From an uncultured Spirochaetia bacterium (GTDB taxonomy: Bacteria; Spirochaetota; Spirochaetia; CAZBHR01), in the NCBI GenBank assembly GCA_964492025.1, contig CAZBHR010000004.1, forward strand, positions 32,713-96,712: a stretch of 64,000 nt of DNA, given 5' to 3'. Shown one piece after another: positions 38,970-48,783 of this stretch (positions are counted from its first letter, which is position 1; every line of letters begins with the position of its first letter). The notes under the pieces were generated by a model. The model saw nothing but the letters and a program-made list of their open reading frames with translations. It ran no database searches and was not told the origin of the DNA. The position numbers were made by a program, and so were the translations under genes.

Positions 38970-39668
38970 CTACTCTACAGGCTGAAAAAGTCCGTTGTAT
39001 CGTCTTGTAAAAGTGAGCCCTTGGACTTGGTCATTATAGGAAAGTGACAAATCTTGGATAAACCCTGTCTCAATCATAGGGTAAAAATTAATAGACTCGT
39101 ATAGATACACCCCTGGTTCAAAGACCTGCACAAGTACCTCTCCTGTTATTCTATTGGTTCCCCGAAGTACAGAAGTTCCAGAGGAGCTGATACGAAACCC
39201 TTTATCTAAGGGAGTAAGTCTAGGAAAATACTGATGAGGCTTCTCTATTACATATGGGTTTTTAAATGCAGGAGGTCGCTGAATTACAATAGTTTTATTA
39301 ATCTCTCTGGCAGCACGGTCAATAACTGTTACCGTCCATACCCCTTCATCAATTGGCTCTCTCTTTGGGTTTGTTGCAACTAAGGATATCCACACACCAT
39401 CGGAATTAGGATCTTCAAAAACATCAAACTGGTTTGGTAAAAAATACCAACCGTAGGTATCACCCTGTCGTTGAAGAACAACCTCAGAAACACCGTCGCC
39501 CTTCTCATTGTCATTAACAAGAATAAGTATTTCAAGATACTCCTCATACAAAGGAGCAACAATATCAATACGCCAATCTACAAAAGATACCTCTGGGGCT
39601 CCTTGGGTACAAGAGAAAAAAGTAATAAGGAGAATACTTAGCCCAGCAAGGTACCTTAACTTCTTCAT
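38970..39668 (-). CDS. Putative lipoprotein
   Basis: MKKLRYLAGLSILLITFFSCTQ is a signal peptide with a lipobox Cys. Confidence 0.55.
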   Translation of the reverse strand: MKKLRYLAGLSILLITFFSCTQGAPEVSFVDWRIDIVAPLYEEYLEILILVNDNEKGDGVSEVVLQRQGDTYGWYFLPNQFDVFEDPNSDGVWISLVATNPKREPIDEGVWTVTVIDRAAREINKTIVIQRPPAFKNPYVIEKPHQYFPRLTPLDKGFRISSSGTSVLRGTNRITGEVLVQVFEPGVYLYESINFYPMIETGFIQDLSLSYNDQVQGLTFTRRYNGLFQPVE

Positions 39669-39670
39669 AC

Positions 39671-40789
39671 CTACTCCTCATGAGCCTTTTGATACAGCTC
39701 AACAGGGTTACAGTACGAGCGAATTGCAATATCTCGAACCCCCTGAGGAAGCCCTGTGAATCGATTCAGAAAACCTTCTCGCTCTTTTTGGGTATACTTA
39801 TCCTCATACCGTGGAGTATGACACAGGTCATAGGCAATATAGTTTGTTTCCCATAGCTTATAGTTTCCTTGAATCTCCCTGTCAATTACTTGGGCAGCCT
39901 CTTTTACCGTTTCTATTTCAGGAGAGAGCGGCTCTCCCACTCGAATAGACACCCCACCCTTAGGAGTTTTTATACTGGCTAGGGCACTTGCGAGATCCGC
40001 ATATTTTCGCTTACCTCTTGTCTCATCTCCCAAAGCACGGTATATCTCCCAGGCTTTCATAGTATCGCAGGGATCTACTTGGTAAGACAAGGAGAGTGGA
40101 ACAATGGGACACTCAGCAAGAAACTGCTGAAATGAGAGGCCCTCTTCCTTGTACACCATGTGAAACATTTTTAATACCGCAGGTTCCGTGATATCACGAC
40201 CATCCTTGGCTCTTCCGTTTCTTTGAGCAATCCAAACAGACTGTCCCTCTCTAATAGTATGAACAATCTCAGCTGAGAGCTGCTTTGACGCTTCAAAGGT
40301 TTCTCTCAAAGACCCACCTCGCTGTACAGCTAATCCTTGACTGAGACCAAAGATGGCAGCAATGGCGGGGTTCAGGAGTAAGTTATCTCCAAAGACTAAT
40401 CGGGCATACGGAATATTTGTAGCATCACCTAATGCCACATTAAAAAGTAGAGGGTCTAAAATAATATCTCTATGGTTACTCACAAAAAGGTAACTCTTTG
40501 TAGGGTCTAGTTTATCAAACCCCTCAACATCTATATGATCTACTGAGTTATTAATAATGCTTCTTGTGAAAAACCCAAACACAATATCTCTTTGAAAATC
40601 CTGAAGACTTTTAGCACTTTGAAAAATTGGTATTAAATCCTTCTGTAACCGCTCTTGTCTCTGTTCTGAAGATAGCTGTTTCCAGTCACCATAACAGAGC
40701 CGTCCTAGCAGGTAAAGAACCTCTTTATCATGGGTAAATAGCTGTATAAGCTGTGGAACCTGTTCATTTGTATATTTTGGTACTTCCAT
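39671..40789 (-). CDS. Acyltransferase (lysophospholipid/PlsC-like family)
   Basis: FVSNHRDIILDPLL resembles acyltransferase motif I. It abuts the pyrD-like gene with no gap. Confidence 0.45.
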   Translation of the reverse strand: MEVPKYTNEQVPQLIQLFTHDKEVLYLLGRLCYGDWKQLSSEQRQERLQKDLIPIFQSAKSLQDFQRDIVFGFFTRSIINNSVDHIDVEGFDKLDPTKSYLFVSNHRDIILDPLLFNVALGDATNIPYARLVFGDNLLLNPAIAAIFGLSQGLAVQRGGSLRETFEASKQLSAEIVHTIREGQSVWIAQRNGRAKDGRDITEPAVLKMFHMVYKEEGLSFQQFLAECPIVPLSLSYQVDPCDTMKAWEIYRALGDETRGKRKYADLASALASIKTPKGGVSIRVGEPLSPEIETVKEAAQVIDREIQGNYKLWETNYIAYDLCHTPRYEDKYTQKEREGFLNRFTGLPQGVRDIAIRSYCNPVELYQKAHEE

Positions 40790-41803
40790 TTAGCACATTC
40801 CTGTTAATGTTTTAATATATTGACTTCGTTTCCAAAGGCTTGGGTCACCACACTCTTTTTGTGAAAGGGCTCCTCGAAAATCCTGAAGATCTTGGTAGCC
40901 CTTCTCTTTCATCCACTTTTCTAAATCACTGTTCATCTCGGTAATAACACTCACCCCACCCTTGAGTACCGCAGAACATACCTCTACAGCTTGAGCACCT
41001 ACAAGGATCTGCTTAATAAGGTCTTCCCCACTATGAACACCTGTATTTGAACAGAGGTTAAGATCTACAATTGAGTAGAGAAGAGCAATCCATCTCAAGG
41101 TATTTCCATTCTCCCCTGGTGAGGATATTGGATTTCCTGATACTACCTTCAATGAGTGAATATCAACATCCGAAGCAAAGAGTCTATTAAAAAGAACCAC
41201 ACCATCAGCACCAGCTTGGTCAAGTTGCTCTACAAAGGATGCTAGGTTGGTAAAGTATGGAGCAATTTTTATTGAAACAGGAATAGATACGGTCTGTCTT
41301 ACTTTTTTGATAAGCTGTACATACTCTTTCTCAATAGAGACACTTTTCTGTCTCGTATCAACCGCAATATTGTACATATTAAGCTCTATACCATCCGCTC
41401 CATATCGCTCAAGTTGAGGTAGGTACTTAATCCAGTCTCCCGCTTGCCGGCAGTTTACACTTGCAATAATTGGGATAGAAACTCGTTTTTTTGCTTCCTC
41501 TAGGAGTGCCAAGTATTGATCCAAAAAGTAATCAACACTGTGAGCAGCCACAAAACTTCCTGTGTCTGCATGGGATCCAAGAAACACGTCTTTCATCATG
41601 GCAGAGACGTCACTTGCTAGCTGTTCTTGAAACAGTGATTTTAATACAACCGCTCCGGCACCAGCCTGCTCTGCAGCCACAATATTGTCAACATTTGCGG
41701 AGTATCCACAGCTAGCCACTACAAGTGGACTCTGTAAAGATAATCCCATATACGATGTTTGTATGCTCATATAATAATCCTCTTCCCTATCATACCAACT
41801 CAC
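40790..41803 (-). CDS. Dihydroorotate dehydrogenase-family TIM-barrel flavoprotein (PyrD-like, non-canonical active site)
   Basis: The N-terminal LQSPLVVASCGYS and central DGIELNMYN match the DHOD-fold signatures (PxxxASG, ELNxSCPN). The SCPN cysteine is replaced, and the sequence reads MYNI. Confidence 0.45.
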   Translation of the reverse strand: MSWYDREEDYYMSIQTSYMGLSLQSPLVVASCGYSANVDNIVAAEQAGAGAVVLKSLFQEQLASDVSAMMKDVFLGSHADTGSFVAAHSVDYFLDQYLALLEEAKKRVSIPIIASVNCRQAGDWIKYLPQLERYGADGIELNMYNIAVDTRQKSVSIEKEYVQLIKKVRQTVSIPVSIKIAPYFTNLASFVEQLDQAGADGVVLFNRLFASDVDIHSLKVVSGNPISSPGENGNTLRWIALLYSIVDLNLCSNTGVHSGEDLIKQILVGAQAVEVCSAVLKGGVSVITEMNSDLEKWMKEKGYQDLQDFRGALSQKECGDPSLWKRSQYIKTLTGMC

Positions 41804-41818
41804 GCAGAGAAAAACAAG

Positions 41819-43267
41819 CTATTCCCATCGTACTACAGGAGAGCGCGCCGCAAGAACCTCATCTACCCGAGTTATTGGTGTATTTTGAGGTCTTGAATGA
41901 AGTGTCTCTGGATGTTCTTTTGCCTCTAAAACAATCGCTTCCATGGCTGCAATAAAGTCATCTAACCTATCTAAACTCTCTGTCTCTGTGGGCTCTATCA
42001 TAAGCGCTTCAGGAACATTAAGAGGAAAGTATACCGTAGGTGGATGTATTCCAAAATCAAGTAGTCCCTTAGCCACATCTAAAGCAGTTGCTCCATATTT
42101 TTCTTTAAGGGTATCTGCGGAAAGAACAAATTCATGCTTACACAGCCCAGCATAGGGAAGTCGGAATAGTTTTTCTAGTTTAACACGCAGGTAGTTTGCG
42201 TTGAGAACCGCATATTCAGAGGCTTCAGTGAGTCCATCTCTTCCTAGTACAAGAAGATAGGTGTAAGCTCTAATAACTACCCCAACATTCCCCCAGAACC
42301 CAGAAACTCGTCCTATAGAGCTATCTTTATCCCAGAGAAAGTCATATACCCCTTGGGAGTCTTTCACCACAAGCGGAACAGGAAGATATGGACGGAGCTT
42401 CTCCTTTACAAAGATGGGTCCAGAACCAGGGCCTCCTCCTCCATGGGGTGTAGAAAAGGTTTTATGGAGGTTAAGGTGAATGACATCGAAACCCATATCC
42501 CCTGGGCGACTTTTTCCCATAATAGCGTTAAGGTTTGCTCCATCATAATAAAGTAGCCCCCCTGCTTCGTGTACCTTAGCGGCTATTTTCTTAATATCTT
42601 TTTCAAAAAGTCCCAGCGTATTTGGGTTTGTAAGCATAATCCCTGCTAAGTTTTCATTTAAAAATGGCTCTAGGGCGTTAATATCTACAAGTCCCCTATC
42701 ATCCGCAGGAATATCCTGTACATCAAACCCTGCAATATGGGCGGAGGCTGGATTAGTTCCGTGGGCAGAGGTTGGCACTAAAATAACGCGACGCTCATGC
42801 TCCCCTCTTTCTAAGAAATATTTACGAAAAAGCTTAAGAGCAGTGTACTCTCCGTGGGCACCAGCAAAGGGCTGTAATGACCCCCACTCCATTCCAGTAA
42901 CCTCTGCAAGTTTCTCTGTTGCATCGTAAAGAAGTTCTAATACCCCCTGCACAGAGTTTGTAGGCTGTAACGGATGAAGTGCAGTGAATCCCACCAAAGA
43001 TGCGGTCTGCTCATTTACCCTAGGGTTGTATTTCATAGTACAAGAACCAAGTGGGTAAAAGCCGTAATCTACTCCAAAAGATTTTCGAGCAAGACCGGTA
43101 AAGTGTCTTACCACCTCATTTTCTGACACCTCTGGCATGGAGGGTTGCTCTTTTCTCAATAGCCCTGCAGGAAGTGTTTCTTTTTTAGAGGGTACATCAA
43201 GTTTAGGAAATGTGTATCCACCACTACCCTCACGGGATAATTCAAAAATTAGGGGTGTGCTATGCAT
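41819..43267 (-). CDS. gcvPB: Glycine dehydrogenase (decarboxylating) subunit 2
   Basis: YPLGSCTMKYNPRVNE and the PLP-lysine region HLNLHKTFSTPHGGGGPG are present. Confidence 0.93.
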   Translation of the reverse strand: MHSTPLIFELSREGSGGYTFPKLDVPSKKETLPAGLLRKEQPSMPEVSENEVVRHFTGLARKSFGVDYGFYPLGSCTMKYNPRVNEQTASLVGFTALHPLQPTNSVQGVLELLYDATEKLAEVTGMEWGSLQPFAGAHGEYTALKLFRKYFLERGEHERRVILVPTSAHGTNPASAHIAGFDVQDIPADDRGLVDINALEPFLNENLAGIMLTNPNTLGLFEKDIKKIAAKVHEAGGLLYYDGANLNAIMGKSRPGDMGFDVIHLNLHKTFSTPHGGGGPGSGPIFVKEKLRPYLPVPLVVKDSQGVYDFLWDKDSSIGRVSGFWGNVGVVIRAYTYLLVLGRDGLTEASEYAVLNANYLRVKLEKLFRLPYAGLCKHEFVLSADTLKEKYGATALDVAKGLLDFGIHPPTVYFPLNVPEALMIEPTETESLDRLDDFIAAMEAIVLEAKEHPETLHSRPQNTPITRVDEVLAARSPVVRWE

Positions 43268-44597
43268 GAACAGCCTCCTTAGCTAGGGCGACATACTGGT
43301 CAAGATCACTCTTAGATCTTTTTTCAGTTACCGCAACTGCAATATAGTTAGCCCACTCAGAGGAAAAGACACCTAGGTGAACTCCTCCAAAAACTCCTCG
43401 TTCCTGCAGAAAGTTAAGAAATCTTTCAGGATGTGCTACCTCTATAATAAACTCATGAAAAAACTCACTCCCTTGAGGTGCTTCTATACCGTCAATCTTC
43501 ATAAGATTATCTCGTAGATACCGAGCCTTACTCATTGATTGATCCCCCACTTCCTGAAGTCCCTTAAAACCAACAATTCCTAAATAGGCAGTTGTTGCTA
43601 TTGCTGCTAACGCTTGATTAGAACAGATGTTGGAGGTTGCTCGGCTTCGCTTAATGTGCTGCTCCCTAGCTTGAAGAGTAAGAACAAAGGATCGCCGGTT
43701 CTCCGTATCTACGGTCTCCCCTACAATACGACCTGGAATTTTCCGTAGAAGTTTCTGTGTCGACGCAATAAAACCAACAGAGGGCCCTCCAAAACAGGGT
43801 GCTAACCCAAAGGGCTGGGTGTCTCCCACCGCAATATCCGCACCCCAGTCTGCTGGGGTTGCAAGTACTCCTAGGGTCATGGGGTTTACAGAAATCATAA
43901 AAAGTCCCTTTTTATCATGGACCTTATCTGCAACACCTGTAAAATCCTCTATAGTTCCTAAGAAGTTAGGGCTTTGTGCAAGAACACCTACCACATCATC
44001 ATCTAAAAGAGCATTAAGAGAGTTCCAGTCGGTGGCTGTTCCCTTTAAGGGTATTATCTTTACTGAGTAATCCTCACCATAGTAAGTTTGGAGCACATCA
44101 ATGGTATAGGGGTGAACTCCCTGAGACACAAGAAGTGTTTTCCCTTTCTTTTTTGACTGAAAAGCGATAGAAGCAGCTTCGGCTGCTGCGGTGTGACCAT
44201 CGTACAATGAAGCGTTGGACACCTCTAATCCCGTAAGCTGGGTAATGTAGGTTTGATATTCAAAAATTGCTTGGAGCAACCCTTGAGACATCTCTGCCTG
44301 ATACGGTGTATAGGCTGTTACAAATGCAGGATGATTTACAATGGTAGGAACCGCCGCAGGAATGATGTGGTCGTAAGATCCACATCCTAAAAAGGAGGTT
44401 CCTAGCATATTCTTCTCTGCAAGTTTTCGAAGTCTCTCCTGAGCTTCATACTCAGAGATACCTAAAGGTATATTTAGATTTCCAGAGAGACGAATGTCCT
44501 CAGGAATATCTGTAAACAGTTCATCTAAAGAGGATACCCCAATCGCTTGGAGCATTTTTTTGACATCCGCAGGGTTATGGGGTATGTAATGTGCCAT
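43260..44597 (-). CDS. gcvPA: Glycine dehydrogenase (decarboxylating) subunit 1
   Basis: FLGCGSYDHIIPAAV...TPYQAEMSQG matches the GcvP N-terminal half. It overlaps gcvPB by 8 nt. Confidence 0.93.
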   Translation of the reverse strand: MAHYIPHNPADVKKMLQAIGVSSLDELFTDIPEDIRLSGNLNIPLGISEYEAQERLRKLAEKNMLGTSFLGCGSYDHIIPAAVPTIVNHPAFVTAYTPYQAEMSQGLLQAIFEYQTYITQLTGLEVSNASLYDGHTAAAEAASIAFQSKKKGKTLLVSQGVHPYTIDVLQTYYGEDYSVKIIPLKGTATDWNSLNALLDDDVVGVLAQSPNFLGTIEDFTGVADKVHDKKGLFMISVNPMTLGVLATPADWGADIAVGDTQPFGLAPCFGGPSVGFIASTQKLLRKIPGRIVGETVDTENRRSFVLTLQAREQHIKRSRATSNICSNQALAAIATTAYLGIVGFKGLQEVGDQSMSKARYLRDNLMKIDGIEAPQGSEFFHEFIIEVAHPERFLNFLQERGVFGGVHLGVFSSEWANYIAVAVTEKRSKSDLDQYVALAKEAVHA

Positions 44598-44606
44598 AGG
44601 TAAACC

Positions 44607-44987
44607 CTATTCGATAAAGTTTTTATAGCTCTCAGAATCCATAAGACTCTCGGGAACCTCATCTACTTTTAGAGCAACTATGTATGTCTCATAGGGATCG
44701 GTGTTAAGAAGTTCAGGAGCGTCCTCTAACTCATCGTTAATCTCCACAACCTCTCCACTCACAGGAGTGTACAAAGATGCAGCTGTCTTAACTGATTCAA
44801 TATTAGCAAGCTCTTCACCCTCGGATACATGAGCATTCATCTCAGGGAACTCAACAAAAACAATATCTCCCAATGACTCTTGGGCATAATCGGTAATTCC
44901 AATATACACCATATCATCTTCAACCTTTAACCACTCATGATCCTCTGTATATAACAGATCTTCTGGAATATCTTTTGCCATAGACAC
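44607..44987 (-). CDS. gcvH: Glycine cleavage system H protein
   Basis: The lipoyl-lysine motif ESVKTAS is present, with the surrounding GcvH pattern (EHEWLKVEDDMVYIGITDYAQ). Confidence 0.93.
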   Translation of the reverse strand: MSMAKDIPEDLLYTEDHEWLKVEDDMVYIGITDYAQESLGDIVFVEFPEMNAHVSEGEELANIESVKTAASLYTPVSGEVVEINDELEDAPELLNTDPYETYIVALKVDEVPESLMDSESYKNFIE

Positions 44988-44998
44988 GCTCCTTTACC

Positions 44999-46156
44999 TT
45001 AAGAGTTTCTTTTATAAAATGGGGTTTTTACCAATGTAGCAACCCGTTTTTTTCCTCGAATGTCAATAGTGACCTCATCTCCTATTTTAAGGCTCAATCC
45101 CCGTTGAATCAAGACCAAAGCGCAAAAATATTCACCTGTTGGTGATTTTGCTCCAGAGGTAACTACTCCAATTGGAGTTTCACCACGGTATACAGCATTC
45201 CCCTCGCGAGGAACCGCCTTATCTACCATAATAACTCCCCTCAAAGATCGGGGTACGCCCTGCTCTTTCTGAGCCACCAGCGAATCTCTACCACAGAATT
45301 CATCTTTCTCTAAAGCCACAGCCCAAGAGAGGTTTGCCTCAAGGGGAGATATATCCGCAGAGAGCTCGTGTCCGTAAAGGGGCATCTTCGATTCAAGTCT
45401 TAGGGTATCACGACACCCTAAGCCACAGGGCATAACAGACTGACCAGAATCTGCACCTAGGGAGAGAAGAAAATTCCACACCCTAGCGGCGGGGTTTATT
45501 ACTCCTGCATTGCGGGAGAGAGAGAAGTAAACCTCTACCCCATCTTCGCCGGTATACCCGGTACGGGAAACAACCGCCTGTACCCCATCTATTTCAATAT
45601 CTGGTAGGAACTCAAAACTATTAAGCTCCTGTATTTGTGTAAGGTCTCCACCTAATGAAGTAAGCAGGTTTACCGCCATAGGACCTTGGAATGCAATCTG
45701 TACAATATCATCAGATATGTCTTCAATATGAGGCATAGGCTTTCCCTCTACCACCCAAGGGCTCTCTTTGGTAACCCAACAAAAATCCTTCTCACGATTT
45801 CCCGCATTTACCACAAGCCAGAAACGGTCCTCTGCAAATCGATACACAAGAACATCATCAACCACCCCTCCATCGGGATAACAGAGTAGCCCATATTTAG
45901 CCTGTCCATTTTTCAGTTGAGATATATCACTGGTAAGAAGATATTGTAAGTAGGCCTCCGCATGGGGACCGGTAAAGAGAAACTCTCCCATGTGGGAGAC
46001 GTCAAAAAGACCTGCATAAGTACGCACAGCGTGGTGCTCAGCTATAATACCTTGAGAAAACTGGATGGGAAGTTCCCATCCACCAAAATCAACAAGCCTA
46101 ACACCATCAAGATCTGCGTATACAGAATAAAGTGGGGTTTGTTTCATAGAAACCAC
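44999..46156 (-). CDS. gcvT: Aminomethyltransferase (glycine cleavage T protein)
   Basis: AVRTYAGLFDVSHMGEF and the GcvT folate-binding region are present. Confidence 0.93.
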   Translation of the reverse strand: MVSMKQTPLYSVYADLDGVRLVDFGGWELPIQFSQGIIAEHHAVRTYAGLFDVSHMGEFLFTGPHAEAYLQYLLTSDISQLKNGQAKYGLLCYPDGGVVDDVLVYRFAEDRFWLVVNAGNREKDFCWVTKESPWVVEGKPMPHIEDISDDIVQIAFQGPMAVNLLTSLGGDLTQIQELNSFEFLPDIEIDGVQAVVSRTGYTGEDGVEVYFSLSRNAGVINPAARVWNFLLSLGADSGQSVMPCGLGCRDTLRLESKMPLYGHELSADISPLEANLSWAVALEKDEFCGRDSLVAQKEQGVPRSLRGVIMVDKAVPREGNAVYRGETPIGVVTSGAKSPTGEYFCALVLIQRGLSLKIGDEVTIDIRGKKRVATLVKTPFYKRNS

Positions 46157-46165
46157 CTTTTTTAT

Positions 46166-46639
46166 CTAAAGTACGTAGGGCACCTTCGCTTTGTGAGATT
46201 CGTACACTACGAATGTCTCAGCATCTCTAATGTTTGAGATCTTGTCAAGCTCATGGGTAAAGAAATCTAACAGAGAGTACCCACTTTTATCGTTGAGCAT
46301 AACTTGAACAATCAAATCGTAACGACCAGTTACCACCACCGCCGAGATAACTCCCTTAAGCCGACAAAACTCCTCTGCCTTAGCACTTAAGTCCAGGGTG
46401 GTAAGATTCACTCCAATAATAATGAGCTGAATATTTTCTAATCGCTGAGGATCTACGGTTCCAATAATATCAAGAACACCGTCGTCTATGAGCTTATTTA
46501 CTCGGGTACGAACAGTGTTCTCTGTGATATTAAGGGTTTCCGCAATGGAGCTAAAGGACTTTCTACCGTCCCTTAACTCCCGTACGATTGCTAAATTAGT
46601 CTCATCTAAAGAAAATTGACTAACCATGGGTTCTTTCAA
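46166..46639 (-). CDS. lrp: Lrp/AsnC-family transcriptional regulator
   Basis: The HTH region is LDETNLAIVRELRDGRKSFSSIAETLNITENTVRTRVNKLIDDGV, followed by a RAM domain. Confidence 0.88.
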   Translation of the reverse strand: MKEPMVSQFSLDETNLAIVRELRDGRKSFSSIAETLNITENTVRTRVNKLIDDGVLDIIGTVDPQRLENIQLIIIGVNLTTLDLSAKAEEFCRLKGVISAVVVTGRYDLIVQVMLNDKSGYSLLDFFTHELDKISNIRDAETFVVYESHKAKVPYVL

Positions 46640-47699
46640 ACTCCTTCATAAACTCTACAAGTAACTCTACAGATTCAACTGGAAGAGAGTTGTAAATAGA
46701 AGCTCGACAACCACCAACAGATTTGTGACCCTTAAGCCCTAACATCTGCTTAGCAGTCCCCTCTGCAATAAGTTGTTTTTCAAGATCCTCAGTAGGAAGT
46801 CGGAACACAACATTCATCTTTGATCGGTACTTAGGATCTACGGGGTTTCGGTAGAAATCACTGGAGTCAAAAAGGTTATAGAGAAGGTTTGCCTTCTTTG
46901 TAGCTCGTGCTTCCATTCCTTGGAGTCCACCGTTTTTCTTAATCCATTTAAGCATAAGATTTACACACCAGATAGAGAACACAGGAGGTGTATTATACAG
47001 TCCATTTGCCTTTACGTGGGTTTTGTAACTTAGGTACGCTGTAAGGTCTGCTGGAACTCTCTCTAACATATCATCTCGAAGAATAACAAAGGTTGCCCCT
47101 GCTGGTGCAAGGTTCTTCTGAACACCTCCATAGATCATAGCAAAATCTGGTACATTCACAGGTCGGCTTAAAAAGTCACTGGACATGTCTGCAATAAGAG
47201 GAACGTTTCCAGTCTTTGGAAAACTTTGCCACTCAATACCACCAATGGTCTCATTTGAACAAAGATAGTAGTATGCTGCGCTTGGATCAACTTTAATAGA
47301 AGCGGGATCTGGAAGTGTTGAGTAGTTACTATCAGCTCCATCAAAAACAACCTTTGCGGTACCCAGTTTATTAGCATCGTCCCAAGCCTTATTTGCCCAA
47401 GACCCTGTTTTTGTATACTCCGCAAAGCCTCCAGCAGGGAGAAAGTTCATAGGGATCATACTAAATTGAAGAGTTGCCCCTCCTCCGAGAAAAAATACAG
47501 AGTAATTTTCTGGGATTCCAAGAATCTCTCGCATAAGTGACTGGGTCTCTTCGTATACCGTAGCAAAATCTGCCCCTCGGTGACTCGCTTCTATCAGAGA
47601 GAATCCCTTTCCATTATAATCGGCAATCTGAGCCTTGAGCTCCTCTAGTACCTCTACGGGAAGTGTAGATGGTCCTGCAAAAAAGTTATGTGCTCTCAT
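46620..47699 (-). CDS. serC: Phosphoserine aminotransferase
   Basis: NFFAGPSTLPVEVLEE...SLIEASHRG matches the SerC N-terminus. Confidence 0.9.
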   Translation of the reverse strand: MRAHNFFAGPSTLPVEVLEELKAQIADYNGKGFSLIEASHRGADFATVYEETQSLMREILGIPENYSVFFLGGGATLQFSMIPMNFLPAGGFAEYTKTGSWANKAWDDANKLGTAKVVFDGADSNYSTLPDPASIKVDPSAAYYYLCSNETIGGIEWQSFPKTGNVPLIADMSSDFLSRPVNVPDFAMIYGGVQKNLAPAGATFVILRDDMLERVPADLTAYLSYKTHVKANGLYNTPPVFSIWCVNLMLKWIKKNGGLQGMEARATKKANLLYNLFDSSDFYRNPVDPKYRSKMNVVFRLPTEDLEKQLIAEGTAKQMLGLKGHKSVGGCRASIYNSLPVESVELLVEFMKEFERTHG

Positions 47700-47700
47700 A

Positions 47701-48588
47701 CTAAAGACCTCCTTGATCTTTTACTTCTTGAATTATTGCAATAGCCTCGTCTCCGATTCGGAGGAGGTTCTCTTTAGTACTCGCTCCTAAGTGTGGAGTC
47801 ATAAGTACATTTGGTGCTTTAAGAATTGGGTAGTCCTGTGGAGGTGGGTCCGATGGCCATACATCGGTAGCGTAGTACGCAACTGCACCAGACTGAAGAG
47901 CAGAAACCATAGCATCCGCATCTACCGTAGGTCCTCTACCGGTGTTAACAACTACGGGCTTTTTATTTAACCCTTTTATAATTTCCTCACCAAAGATTCC
48001 TCGAGTTTCATCTGTTAAAGGAAGGTGGAGCGAGATGTAGTCCGCATCTTGTACCGCCTCTGCAAGGGTTGGTTTCATATCGGCTACAGGGCTTTTACTT
48101 ACATATTTATCGTATCCAACAACCTTCATACCAAAGGCAGCTCCACGAATTGCAACCTGCTGAGCAATATTTCCAATGCCCACCATACAGAGAGTTTTAC
48201 CATAAAGCTCTGTTCTCTTAAGCTCTTTCTTAATCCACTTACCCTCTGCCATGCTGTTGTGACCCTCTACCACTCGGTTAGGAACCGTAAGCATAAGAGC
48301 AAAAGCTAACTCTGCAACCGCTATAGATGATGCTTTTGGAGTGTTTCTCACAACAATTCCTTTACTCTCGGCGTAGGCTTTATCGATATTGTCGATTCCT
48401 ACCCCACCTCGAATAATCAGCTTAAGGTTCGGAGCACCGTCGATATACGCTTTATCGCAGGTAGTTTTACTTCGAATCATTACAACTGTGGCCTCTGCCA
48501 CCCGTGAGGCATCGGTAGTTACCTCTCCAAACACCTCTAGTCGCTGTGCCAAAGAACTGTCAAAGGCATCGGCTATTAATATAAGCAT
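47701..48588 (-). CDS. serA: D-3-phosphoglycerate dehydrogenase / D-isomer 2-hydroxyacid dehydrogenase
   Basis: The NAD motif GIGNIAQQVAIRGAAFGMKV and the catalytic HLPLT...NTGRG...TPHLGAST are present. The start is probably at the internal MLILIADAF. Placement next to serC supports the serA call. Confidence 0.75.
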   Translation of the reverse strand: MLILIADAFDSSLAQRLEVFGEVTTDASRVAEATVVMIRSKTTCDKAYIDGAPNLKLIIRGGVGIDNIDKAYAESKGIVVRNTPKASSIAVAELAFALMLTVPNRVVEGHNSMAEGKWIKKELKRTELYGKTLCMVGIGNIAQQVAIRGAAFGMKVVGYDKYVSKSPVADMKPTLAEAVQDADYISLHLPLTDETRGIFGEEIIKGLNKKPVVVNTGRGPTVDADAMVSALQSGAVAYYATDVWPSDPPPQDYPILKAPNVLMTPHLGASTKENLLRIGDEAIAIIQEVKDQGGL

Positions 48589-48783
48589 TGTTTTCTCCTT
48601 TTGCTCAGTAAAGATATGTAAATAATACAACGGAATTATGGTTTTGTCAATTTTAAGTTTATAAAATTTACGAAAACACGAAAAAGATGTATATTTTTTT
48701 AGGTATAACGCAACAAAACCAAAGATTTACAAAATATAGTACTCCACTTCCCAGAGTGCACAGAATGTAGTAAACTATACGGT

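Noticed and set aside
46157-46165. Glycine riboswitch upstream of gcvT
   Set aside because: Only 9 nt separate lrp and gcvT. The serA leader (48589-48783) is AT-rich and has no GC-paired aptamer-like structure.
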